IMG/VR virus record: IMGVR_UViG_3300014613_001551
Location: 1 to 34,748 of that record
Length of the DNA stretch: 34,748 nt
Source: a virus
Lineage: Duplodnaviria > Caudoviricetes
Strand: one strand, 5' to 3'
The position numbers and the translations under genes were made by a program. Position 1 is the stretch's first letter. Each line of letters begins with the position of its first letter. Below are positions 20,347 to 29,383 of this stretch, piece by piece. A model generated the notes under the pieces. The model was given only the letters and a program-made list of their open reading frames with translations, did no database searches and was not told the origin of the DNA.

Positions 20347-20390
20347 ATCCTATCCTTTCTTCATTTGTATTGCATGTAATTTCGTCATAT

Positions 20391-21071
20391 TTATGTATGG
20401 TCCACATGTATATTAGGATCAACCCACACAGTAAAACCTAGACTTCTAGCATGATTACAGAAAGCCTTAACATCTAACTCAGTGCCATAACGTGCACCAG
20501 CCTGTACTACTTTACTTTTTGCTAAGAACATACTACCTACATTTTTAACTTCAAAAGTATCCAAATATTTATTAGCGAACCATTGCTTCGTTTGTTGGGG
20601 AAAGCCTTTACCATCAAGAAATTCGTGCGCCCACAGATCGTAAAAAACCCCATGACCCCATATCATCACCCCAATTACATCTTTATCATTTTTCATTAAG
20701 TCCTGTATCAATGTAGCTTTATTATGTGGCTGCAAATCAGGCTGATAATACATGAAATAATCTATACTTTCATCTTTAACCAACTCATTAAGCATGTGAT
20801 CATTTAACGTTCCTAAGATCCAAAACCTTTCAGGGCACACAACAGAACCGTATAGCGGTTTACCCAAGTCCAACTTAAATACTCTAACACGTGGCTCTAC
20901 TGCTTCCCATTCCTTCAATAGAGTATATGTATTATCCTTAGAATCGCCCTCTATAACAGAAACTGTCCAATTGGTATAATTCATAGCATAAATCTTTGCC
21001 TTATATTCTGCCACTCTATCTGCTCTATCTCGCAATAACGAAAAAATAGCTACCTTTGGTTCATCACTCAT
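20391..21071 (-). CDS. Glycosyltransferase, GT-A fold (Anp1-like/GT2-related)
   Basis: IEGDSKDNT; FYDLWA; VGSMFLAK..GARY; FCNHARSLGF.VW; QPD at the DXD position. Confidence 0.8.
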   Translation of the reverse strand: MSDEPKVAIFSLLRDRADRVAEYKAKIYAMNYTNWTVSVIEGDSKDNTYTLLKEWEAVEPRVRVFKLDLGKPLYGSVVCPERFWILGTLNDHMLNELVKDESIDYFMYYQPDLQPHNKATLIQDLMKNDKDVIGVMIWGHGVFYDLWAHEFLDGKGFPQQTKQWFANKYLDTFEVKNVGSMFLAKSKVVQAGARYGTELDVKAFCNHARSLGFTVWVDPNIHVDHT

Positions 21072-21760
21072 ACTCTTTCCCTCTCCAAATTTTCTATAAT
21101 TTTATCATAATTATAGTTTGAACCTTCTCGATTTAATATATATGGATTGCCAGCATATTTCTTTCTATTCTCTGCTTGCGCCTTCTTATATCTCTTCATT
21201 TTCTCTATCATATAATCAAGATACACATACTTTCCATCAGGAGTTTTTGCATCATGTATATCATAATGCTTAATCCAAACATTATCTATTCGTATTGGTT
21301 TGCTCATCCCTTCATGCACATAATGTATTATATCATTAAAACGAAATGTTGAATTATTCTTAAATATTCGTGGGTGCACCTCATGCGATCCACGATATAT
21401 ATTATGACGCGGTATATATATTGTTTCAAACCCTTTTTTATCTAACCTGATTATTCGATTCCTAAGATTTAATAAATCGCCTTCCCATCTCTCATCGGTA
21501 TCAGACCATAAAATCCACTCTCCTGTACACATTTCTCTTGCCAACTGTCTATGAGGATCGGCGAATCCGCGTCGCTCTTCAGTTGCATGAACCTTTGCAC
21601 CAAATGACTTAGCCACATTAAGAACATCCTCAATCTCAGGGCCATCACGAACTACGACTAATTCATCAACAAGACTTGTCATTTTTGTTAGAATTTCTTT
21701 TATATCTTTGGCATGGCCGTATGTCACTACCATAAAGGATAACTTTAATATATGCCCCAA
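21068..21760 (-). CDS. Glycosyltransferase family 2
   Basis: LSFMVVT..VDELVVVRDG..GFADPHRQLA..CTGEWILWSDTDE..PRIF..IH..IKHY. Confidence 0.9.
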   Translation of the reverse strand: MGHILKLSFMVVTYGHAKDIKEILTKMTSLVDELVVVRDGPEIEDVLNVAKSFGAKVHATEERRGFADPHRQLAREMCTGEWILWSDTDERWEGDLLNLRNRIIRLDKKGFETIYIPRHNIYRGSHEVHPRIFKNNSTFRFNDIIHYVHEGMSKPIRIDNVWIKHYDIHDAKTPDGKYVYLDYMIEKMKRYKKAQAENRKKYAGNPYILNREGSNYNYDKIIENLERERV

Positions 21761-21762
21761 AT

Positions 21763-22344
21763 TTACCTCTCTATACTCTCTTCATTTATAAACCATATTG
21801 TAGTGTTAGGAGCTACCTGTGCTAATGGCAATAACTCATTAACGGCTCGCTGCACCCCAGGCCAGGCCGGTGAATAATCGTGTCCTGATAATAGACCATC
21901 TACAGACAATAGATTTCTATAGTTTTGTATATCCTCTTTGATTGAATCATAATCATGTCCCGCATCCAAGAATATAAAGTCAAAGATTGGACCATAATCT
22001 TCTAATAGTTTGTGATATGATTCAGTTGATAATTTATTAATTACAGTCATACGTTCGTGGTGCCCAGACATATTATTCATAAATTGATTTAGAATATACT
22101 CTGGTCCAAGATTAATAACATCGGCAAAATCAACGCTATAATTTTCTATATCCTTTGGCCCAGAAAAATGGTCTACAAAGAAAAGATGTCCTGTACTATT
22201 ATCTGCCAATGATCTTGAACTTCTACCCTTCCAACAACCAACCTCTAATATATCTTTCTTATTCTGTGCCTGCTGCGCCAACCATAGGAGTTCTCCGTCA
22301 AATGTCCACCCCTCTACTTTTTGTGCATTTGATATATCTACCAT
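21763..22344 (-). CDS. SAM-dependent O-methyltransferase (Methyltransf_24-like)
   Basis: ILEVGCWKGRSS..VDHF..FDFIFLDAGHDY..DI..LL..GLLSGHDY..WPGVQRAV. Confidence 0.92.
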   Translation of the reverse strand: MVDISNAQKVEGWTFDGELLWLAQQAQNKKDILEVGCWKGRSSRSLADNSTGHLFFVDHFSGPKDIENYSVDFADVINLGPEYILNQFMNNMSGHHERMTVINKLSTESYHKLLEDYGPIFDFIFLDAGHDYDSIKEDIQNYRNLLSVDGLLSGHDYSPAWPGVQRAVNELLPLAQVAPNTTIWFINEESIER

Positions 22345-22365
22345 GTATTCTCCCTTACCAATGTT

Positions 22366-23097
22366 TTAAGTCCAATGAAATAAAAAATTGTACTTACCGC
22401 CACCTTGGGTTTCTGGACGATGTGATACCATTTCCTCTTTGGTGCGAGCACACTTATATCCCTTACTCTTAAAGTATTCTAGCAACGCCCAATCGCCACC
22501 TTCTGTTGGATGCGCTGTAGGATAATCTAGAGCATCGAGAAATATCTTTGTTTCCATAAAATTACAATTGCCAGAAACATACGTAGATATGGGATAATCC
22601 TCCCAATATTCTCCTGGTGTCATGCCCTTTGCGTAATTGCCATCTAAATGCCTACAATGAAAGGGGGACACAATACTAATCTCATAGGGGCTTCGTTTCA
22701 AATCTTCGTATGTATCAACACACTCTTTTAACCAATTCGGCTTATATTGCATATCATCATTGGTTATAAGACAATACTTTGGCATTGGTATTTTTGGGTT
22801 CTCTGAAGTAATCTTCATTAAAGCTCGCCATTGATTAAGTGCATGATGAATACCCCAATTTCGTTTCTCTATTATTAACTTCTCTATAGCACCATCATAT
22901 ACCTTCTGAAGCAAATACTCTCTTGTTCCATCATCATTTCCATTATCTATAACCCAAAGCCTAAGAGGATAGCCTGGTTCCTCCATCATTGATTCAATAG
23001 ACTCTTTAACAATTTCATATCGTTTCCATGTGTATATCAGGGCCAAACACGCATCATCGTCTATTTGATAATCAACAAAACACGGACTCATGCGCAA
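22366..23097 (-). CDS. Glycosyltransferase family 2
   Basis: TWKR..LWVIDNGNDDGTREYL..NWGIHHALN..ITNDDM..WL..GGDW. Confidence 0.9.
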   Translation of the reverse strand: MRMSPCFVDYQIDDDACLALIYTWKRYEIVKESIESMMEEPGYPLRLWVIDNGNDDGTREYLLQKVYDGAIEKLIIEKRNWGIHHALNQWRALMKITSENPKIPMPKYCLITNDDMQYKPNWLKECVDTYEDLKRSPYEISIVSPFHCRHLDGNYAKGMTPGEYWEDYPISTYVSGNCNFMETKIFLDALDYPTAHPTEGGDWALLEYFKSKGYKCARTKEEMVSHRPETQGGGKYNFLFHWT

Positions 23098-23846
23098 TAC
23101 ACCAATGTAATATACGTCTTAGATACCTTAAATCCAACACTACTATATAACCTCATAGCCGAGATATTAGATAGTTGTGTTCCTACACTAACAGAGTCAA
23201 TACCCTTCTCATAGAAATAACGAAGATTAGCTTTAACTAGTTCGCGCCCAATACCCAAGCCAGACATTTCTTTACGAACAGCAGTAATGCCAATAACCCC
23301 ACGCTTATTTTCGCACAAACGGCAAGTCGAGAACCCACCTATAACAGCATCACGGTCAACAACATCCACACTAGTATCATACTTGCCCTCTACACTGTTC
23401 TTTATCCAAGCCTTATAAACATTATCTGCAACGTCCTTTGATAAAAATGGATCACAATGGTAACGATCACTCTGAAACGCTGAACCAGATATATCTATCA
23501 ATTCATTAAGATCTTCTTCAACTGCCGCGCGTGTTCTATAGGTATCTGATAGAATTAATCTCTTATCCCATCCAATCTGGAAATTATACTCTAAATACCC
23601 ATCTACCATAATGAATCCATATTCTTCTAATGCTTGAATAATATCTATCTTTATACTCGGCACTCGTACCATTATGTGCTTATATCTAAAATCATGAAAT
23701 GCTATTTGCGTTATAATATTCTCTATTAAATCATAGTTGGCTGTTCTAACTTTAAGCTCACATGCAAGTCCCCCAAATAACTCCGAATCCCATGGCTTAT
23801 CAATAACTGTAAACTCATTATTGTCTAATACTACATTATCCACCAT
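23088..23846 (-). CDS. GNAT N-acetyltransferase, WecD/RffC-like (NDP-4-amino sugar acetyltransferase)
   Basis: WDSELFG N-terminal motif, DRYHCDP..VYKAWI, GLGIGRELV, VGTQLSNISAMRLY..GF. Confidence 0.88.
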   Translation of the reverse strand: MVDNVVLDNNEFTVIDKPWDSELFGGLACELKVRTANYDLIENIITQIAFHDFRYKHIMVRVPSIKIDIIQALEEYGFIMVDGYLEYNFQIGWDKRLILSDTYRTRAAVEEDLNELIDISGSAFQSDRYHCDPFLSKDVADNVYKAWIKNSVEGKYDTSVDVVDRDAVIGGFSTCRLCENKRGVIGITAVRKEMSGLGIGRELVKANLRYFYEKGIDSVSVGTQLSNISAMRLYSSVGFKVSKTYITLVYCA

Positions 23847-24291
23847 TATTTTCTCCTATAAACACACTCAATGGCAACATGCGATAGAAATACAAAATAT
23901 ATGATCTATTGTTATGCACTCGCTTAATAACTCTATCCGGCGGCAGCGCGGCTATATTTAGTTTAAGTTGCTGCATGTCTAAAGGTGTAAGTACGAAACA
24001 AGCACCCCCAAGATGGTCCGCCTCTGAATTATAAGTAGCTTCTGCAAACACCAACAACTGTTCATCAGGTTCAAAATCATCCAAATTTGCATCCAGAGTA
24101 TCCTTTACATACCTTGTAATTGAAAGACCTGTAGCAATACCCATATTACAGAAGGTCTTCCCAATTAACAATACATCTCTGAAATCATACTCATCTACCA
24201 ATTGGGCAAAGAGATAAGCCAACGCTAGAGTTTCCTCAATAGGATCAAACAACACAGGCTTTAGAATCCCTTTATAATTAAACTGTTTCAT
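23836..24291 (-). CDS. Hypothetical protein (151 aa)
   Basis: AGGAG RBS, coupled between aminotransferase and acetyltransferase; no recognised motif. Confidence 0.7.
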   Translation of the reverse strand: MKQFNYKGILKPVLFDPIEETLALAYLFAQLVDEYDFRDVLLIGKTFCNMGIATGLSITRYVKDTLDANLDDFEPDEQLLVFAEATYNSEADHLGGACFVLTPLDMQQLKLNIAALPPDRVIKRVHNNRSYILYFYRMLPLSVFIGENNGG

Positions 24292-25404
24292 CTATCTACT
24301 CCTACAGTAACTCTCGATAGACTCAATTACATAATCTACCTGTTCCTCTGAAATCTCTGTAAATAACGGAAGAGAAACACAGTGTTGTCCAAACTCCTCT
24401 GCTTTGGGACAACTGCCCTCAAATCGATTCCTATACCAGGGATGAGTTGTCAGAGAAGTAAAATGAACCCCACAATATATATCCCTCTCACGCATGAATT
24501 CAATAAACTCTTGTTGTTGGTCAATCATAATAACATAAATATATGGTACAGACAGACCAAAAGCTGACTTTGGTTTACGGGCAATAAAAGAATATTTCTG
24601 CTCAAGCTCGTAAAACGCTTGTTCATATTCTTCAACTGCCATCCATCTACCCACCATCAATGGAGCAACCCGTCTTAGTTGCTCAAGAATAATAGCCGCC
24701 GAGAGATCCGTTAAGTTTTTCTTATATCCCGGAAACTCAACCATTGGACAAGCAGAACTGGAACGACCCGTATATCTATCTTCTGCGCCCTTACTTAAGC
24801 CATGTAGACGCGCCTTTCTAATCCATGTATCCTGCTCGGCTGATTGACCTGTTATAATCCCCCCTTCAGCACCTGCTATAATCTTAGTGGGATAAAATGA
24901 AAAACAAGTTAGATTATCCAAGCCGCCCACATAAGTATTATCATCATACTTACCAAAATGAGCTTCTGCTGCATCCTCAATAACGGGTATGGCACGTGCC
25001 ATTAGGTTTAGAATATCAAGAATCTCTCCTGCATAATGAACTCCCATTATAGCATCAGCATTGTCCAAAGCTGGATGATTTACGTCCATCAAGCCAGTCT
25101 CATCAACATCTACGAATAATGGAATATTTCCTGTTGTTTCAATAACATTGGCTGAAGCAGCAAAAGTAATAGGCGAGACAGCAATTACAGCCTTTTGTAG
25201 ACCTAGAGCCTCAATACAAAGTTGAAGGGCTGAGGTGCAACTATCTACTGCAATAGCATTTCTTGGAGCACCAACTATTTTAGCAAACTCATTTTCTAGC
25301 TCTGCTACTTTATTGCCCATTGTCCACCAACCAGACTTTAGACAATCATCAACCGCAGAGCGTTCTCTAGCTGTTACCGATGGCGTACAGAACGGTACGT
25401 TCAT
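24292..25404 (-). CDS. DegT/DnrJ/EryC1/StrS PLP-dependent sugar aminotransferase
   Basis: SGWWTMG..SCTSAL..TFAASAN..VHYAG..IEDAAEA..FSFYPTKII.GAEGG..SLPL. Confidence 0.96.
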   Translation of the reverse strand: MNVPFCTPSVTARERSAVDDCLKSGWWTMGNKVAELENEFAKIVGAPRNAIAVDSCTSALQLCIEALGLQKAVIAVSPITFAASANVIETTGNIPLFVDVDETGLMDVNHPALDNADAIMGVHYAGEILDILNLMARAIPVIEDAAEAHFGKYDDNTYVGGLDNLTCFSFYPTKIIAGAEGGIITGQSAEQDTWIRKARLHGLSKGAEDRYTGRSSSACPMVEFPGYKKNLTDLSAAIILEQLRRVAPLMVGRWMAVEEYEQAFYELEQKYSFIARKPKSAFGLSVPYIYVIMIDQQQEFIEFMRERDIYCGVHFTSLTTHPWYRNRFEGSCPKAEEFGQHCVSLPLFTEISEEQVDYVIESIESYCRSR

Positions 25405-26374
25405 GTTCTAACACCTCCCTTATCCGCTTGACAGTGTAGTATCGAGTATCATTAGGATTTTCTATTTTATTCACACAAGCCTTTATCATATCTAATTGCT
25501 GTGCAAATTCCTCAGTCCATTCCATATTATCAAAAGGTTCTTTCACAGCAACTGGCAACATACGATAGTTTCTTGAATCAAGATTCTGTGATTCAACTCT
25601 TACTTTAGCATCAAAATATTCACCAATGATATTAGCCAAGTCAAGAATGGTTATATTGAAATCAACAACATTTATAATATACCCTTGATTTACAGATGTA
25701 TTAAACAATGCTGCAATGTAAGAATTAACTGCATGTGATACATGAAGAAATGGACGATACTGTTGCCCCCCATACACAGTAAGCTCACCAGTAGTAATCG
25801 CATCAAACACCATCTTGTTAATAGCTAAGTCCAATCTGAGCCGTGCTGATGGTCCATACAGAGTAGCCATACGAAGAATGAATGGTTGCCAATTATCATC
25901 TGCCATTGCCCACAAATCTCTCTCGGTCTCTAGTTTCTCACTAGCGTACAATGAAATTGGAAATGTGGGTGACCATCTTGAACAAGCATAATTAACTGCA
26001 CCGTATACTGAAGCAGACGAAGCAAAAATGAACTTAATTCCTCGTTGATAACACTGGTACGCCAATTGAATAACACTAAAATGATTTATTAGTTTAGTTA
26101 ATGTGGGGTTAATTTCAGATGCTGGATCATTACTAATTGCAGCCAACCATATAACAGCATCTACACTATCAAAACTATCTAATTCTTTTACCCAATCCAT
26201 TTGTTCAACTCGACAGTTTACTAAAAAATACTTGCCATAAGGTTGCTTGGTAACATTCTCACCAAAGAACAAAGCATCATAATTAACAATGTAATCTATT
26301 TCTGGGAAATTCAACAATCTATCAATTAATACACTCCCCAGATAGCCACTACCGCCAGTAATTAAACACCGCAC
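25367..26374 (-). CDS. Extended SDR NDP-sugar epimerase/dehydrogenase
   Basis: GGSGYLG, LAAISND, ASSASVYG, YASEK (YxxxK), RMATLYGPSARLRLDLAIN, RPFLHV. Confidence 0.95.
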   Translation of the reverse strand: MRCLITGGSGYLGSVLIDRLLNFPEIDYIVNYDALFFGENVTKQPYGKYFLVNCRVEQMDWVKELDSFDSVDAVIWLAAISNDPASEINPTLTKLINHFSVIQLAYQCYQRGIKFIFASSASVYGAVNYACSRWSPTFPISLYASEKLETERDLWAMADDNWQPFILRMATLYGPSARLRLDLAINKMVFDAITTGELTVYGGQQYRPFLHVSHAVNSYIAALFNTSVNQGYIINVVDFNITILDLANIIGEYFDAKVRVESQNLDSRNYRMLPVAVKEPFDNMEWTEEFAQQLDMIKACVNKIENPNDTRYYTVKRIREVLEHERTVLYAIGNS

Positions 26375-26398
26375 TATATCTCTCCCCTCGCCATTAAA

Positions 26399-26599
26399 TT
26401 AAGTTTTATTTTCTTTAGTCAAGTCCCAAGTATCGCGCAAAGACTTATTCGCTCTGTAGTAGCTAAGTTCACCAATCAGCCTATCTATCTGAGACTTCAT
26501 ACGCATCACCATCCACACATCCTCCTGTGTAGTTTTCTTCTCAAAGATACGCTGCAAGAGTTGAACGAACTCATCTGCTTTAATCTTATTGATTTCCAT
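26399..26599 (-). CDS. Hypothetical protein (66 aa)
   Basis: AGGAGG RBS, in operon. Confidence 0.7.
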   Translation of the reverse strand: MEINKIKADEFVQLLQRIFEKKTTQEDVWMVMRMKSQIDRLIGELSYYRANKSLRDTWDLTKENKT

Positions 26600-26607
26600 A
26601 ACTCCTC

Positions 26608-27327
26608 CTAATGAGTATCACCAATACGACTTCTAAAGTTCTCTATAGCTTCATCATCTGCATCACCATTTAGTAACCTAACAGTAGAATCATGATTGGT
26701 GCTATAACTTATCTGAAAGTTCTCAGTTAGTTTATAAAAGTATCTGGTCTTCTCAAGAATATCATCAGAGACACATCGCCTTCGCTCATCAGGTGATAGC
26801 TCATTAAGCTCTTCAACAAACTCCTTTAGACGCACCTTCTTTTCCTCTATGCTCCAACCTTCACCAATACCTAGCTTAGACTCATTGACAATCTCTATGG
26901 GAAACTCAGACTCAGAGCCACCAATGGGTAATCTACCCCGCCTGGTATATTGAAGAACCTTTGCTGCATTGTCCAAAGTATTCATATCAATATCAAGAAG
27001 CTCAATCTCATTAAAGCCCAATAAGAGACCCAGTCTATACAGCTTGGTTGCATTGTATGCCCATGACCTTGAAATGTTAAATCTAAATGTAGCGTTCTGG
27101 ACATACTCCTCCCAAGTAACAATAGGCTCTCCATCAACATTCATAGCAAACCGATACAAATGGTTATGTCGTATAGATGCAAACAAAACATAGGCAATCT
27201 GACTATGAGTAGTGCTGTGTTGCAAATGTTTGGATATTTCCTCCTCTATCTCTAGCAGATGGTCTCTATGCGCGCTAACCTCTGTAATCTCTAAACCAAG
27301 ATGCTCAAATACTGTCAATTCCATCAC
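26608..27327 (-). CDS. Hypothetical protein, possible DNA-binding helical domain
   Basis: AAGGAG RBS; TWEEYV..FNISRSWAYNATKLY resembles DUF3102/HTH-type phage domains. Confidence 0.6.
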   Translation of the reverse strand: MMELTVFEHLGLEITEVSAHRDHLLEIEEEISKHLQHSTTHSQIAYVLFASIRHNHLYRFAMNVDGEPIVTWEEYVQNATFRFNISRSWAYNATKLYRLGLLLGFNEIELLDIDMNTLDNAAKVLQYTRRGRLPIGGSESEFPIEIVNESKLGIGEGWSIEEKKVRLKEFVEELNELSPDERRRCVSDDILEKTRYFYKLTENFQISYSTNHDSTVRLLNGDADDEAIENFRSRIGDTH

Positions 27328-27616
27328 TCAACTCCTTGAAGTACAACCTCTTATAAGTTTTGAATGGTGCTCCACTTAACGTTATAGACACTCTACCATA
27401 TACATAATACTCACCCTCATACTCAACTCGCTTAAGAATCTGGCCCTTACTAGCAAAGAAGAACTCCAAAAGAGCTACATCAATAAGTGTAGTCAATTTC
27501 TGATCTGTTACCAAACCATCCATAGACACATTTAGTTCCTCTGCAATACGAACCACATCGTCCCGCTTTACCCACCAATCTCCAATTTCTAAGATTACCG
27601 CATCTTTCCTAGACAT
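27305..27616 (-). CDS. Hypothetical protein
   Basis: Likely start ATG 27616 (MSRKDAV, GAAAGGA upstream), since the track start lies inside the promoter. Confidence 0.7.
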   Translation of the reverse strand: MSRKDAVILEIGDWWVKRDDVVRIAEELNVSMDGLVTDQKLTTLIDVALLEFFFASKGQILKRVEYEGEYYVYGRVSITLSGAPFKTYKRLYFKELSDGIDSI

Positions 27617-27640
27617 TTTCCATCCTTTCTCCATACTCTT

Positions 27641-27669
27641 ATTATAACACACAAAATTCGGTTTGTCAA
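27641..27669 (-). promoter_or_regulatory. sigma70-type promoter (family B) for the glycosylation operon
   Basis: TTGACA-17 bp-TATAAT with extended -10 TG, directly after the portal stop. Confidence 0.88.
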
Positions 27670-27682
27670 GTGTTTGATCAAT

Positions 27683-29383
27683 TTATTTTTTCAATATTGT
27701 ATCTAATTCACTCTCACTCATCAAAATACTACTCCCTTTTTTCTGCCCAACAAGCATACGCGATAGACTATTGTTAATCTCTTCTGGTGATTTCTCAGAC
27801 TCTTCCTCCTCTTTCTCTTTTGGTTTCTCCTCCACAACAACTTCCGATGTTCCGCCGAAATTCGGGTCCTCATATTCCTTGCCCGGTTCTACTATGGGAA
27901 TATTATTAACGGCGGCTAGAGCCTTCCAATCAATCTCATTTGCAACAGCATGTTTAGCATTAACTGCCTGCATTAACAACTTGAGGAGTGCATCCTTTTC
28001 AGCAATATTCAACCCCTCTGTCACCAACTTAACCTTTGCTTCTGACTCATCACCATACTTGTATTTCACAAACTTTGTCAATAAATAACTATTAAGCTGA
28101 CTTATAATCTCAGTCAATACCCTCTCACTATCTAACAATGTTACTTGATAGTGTACATCAGCCATACCATAAGAGCCCGTACCCTGAGTTGTAGCTACAG
28201 TATCAGGCAAAATAACAGACCTAAGAATTAGAGTTCCCAATAGATTGAGAGCATTGATAAATTGATCTCCTCTAAGGTCACTCTTTAAGTATTCTAATGA
28301 GTATAATGGATTACCATCTGGGTCAGTGTCTGATGGTATTGCAATAGCTGGGGAACGAGCAGCACGATAGGCTACACTAAGTGCTTCATCTAATGCCTCT
28401 ACATAAGTTCCATCAGACTTCCTAACAGTAAAGTTAGACGGAGCCTTTGCCAAAAGTTGTGGGGTTCCAGTACGTTCCAAATATCTAACAAATGACCGCC
28501 AAATAATATCATAAAAGAAAAAGAATGGGTACACCGCTTTAAGAGCAGACTCCCCATATACATTCCTGAATCTCTTATTATAAGATATTACTAGACTTTG
28601 CTCCAATGGTATGTTCACATCTGGTCCGGGACTTCCCGATTGAGTAAAGCCATTAAATGAACTCCCATGATACTTTACCTTTTTAATCGACCCTAAATAG
28701 ATGGGATTAATATCCGCCACCAAGGGATTGTTCTTGCTAACTTTCCAGACTATCTCATTAAACGATGCGCCATAGTCAAAGCAAGTTAAGAGATTTGTAA
28801 TTGTCTTGGGCAGTATCTCATACATGTTCTCTTTAATAGCAGTTTGATAAGCACTCTTAACTCCATCAAACTCAAAGGAATAAGAACGCTTATTGCGAAA
28901 GATAGACGCTATTGGTGCTTTCTTCAACGCCAAGCCGAATAAAACCTGACCACACTTAAGCATATCCTCAATATGACTAATATTAAAATCAGCGGCGTAA
29001 TTAACATACGGATTTGTTTTATTGTTCTTGCCAACATACATGCTACCGTACAACACTGACTCATAACCCCCACTACTTCTAGTAACTGTAGGTGGAGCTT
29101 CAGCCATTCTTGCAAAGGCTATTACTTGCTCTAAGTCTCGTTGCAGATGTTTATACTCACTCTTTCCAGACACCTCCTTTAGAATATCTATAACCTCTGA
29201 TGGAAATTCAGCACTAAAAGATTCAATAACATGTTCTTTTTCCTGTTGCTCTCTATACATCTTCTTTTGTTCTCTATCAGTTCGCCCCCATCTTGAATAC
29301 GCAGCATGACGCTTACAATAAGTGCTGGCAGCAATAACAGGAGTACCACAGATTGCGCAAGTACCTTTTTTCTTGGTTACCAT
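27683..29383 (-). CDS. Portal protein (Mu gp29/DUF935-like) with N-terminal Cys/His extension
   Basis: Follows TerL; DYGASFNEIVW, NVYGESALKAVY..W..YLERTGTP, TGSYGMADVH motifs; AGGAG RBS. Confidence 0.9.
   Translation of the reverse strand: MVTKKKGTCAICGTPVIAASTYCKRHAAYSRWGRTDREQKKMYREQQEKEHVIESFSAEFPSEVIDILKEVSGKSEYKHLQRDLEQVIAFARMAEAPPTVTRSSGGYESVLYGSMYVGKNNKTNPYVNYAADFNISHIEDMLKCGQVLFGLALKKAPIASIFRNKRSYSFEFDGVKSAYQTAIKENMYEILPKTITNLLTCFDYGASFNEIVWKVSKNNPLVADINPIYLGSIKKVKYHGSSFNGFTQSGSPGPDVNIPLEQSLVISYNKRFRNVYGESALKAVYPFFFFYDIIWRSFVRYLERTGTPQLLAKAPSNFTVRKSDGTYVEALDEALSVAYRAARSPAIAIPSDTDPDGNPLYSLEYLKSDLRGDQFINALNLLGTLILRSVILPDTVATTQGTGSYGMADVHYQVTLLDSERVLTEIISQLNSYLLTKFVKYKYGDESEAKVKLVTEGLNIAEKDALLKLLMQAVNAKHAVANEIDWKALAAVNNIPIVEPGKEYEDPNFGGTSEVVVEEKPKEKEEEESEKSPEEINNSLSRMLVGQKKGSSILMSESELDTILKK

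Noticed and set aside
19849-20390. HNH gene as part of a group I intron
   Set aside because: Both neighbouring genes appear complete and only 44 non-coding bp flank it, leaving no room for a ribozyme core
17194-26374. Sugar cluster as a host O-antigen/capsule locus, serotype-conversion cassette or assembly chimera
   Set aside because: Same strand and gene coupling as flanking phage genes, phage-family promoter, interspersed phage-type ORFs and HNH, no wzx/wzy/gtr-like membrane proteins; read mapping would be the final check
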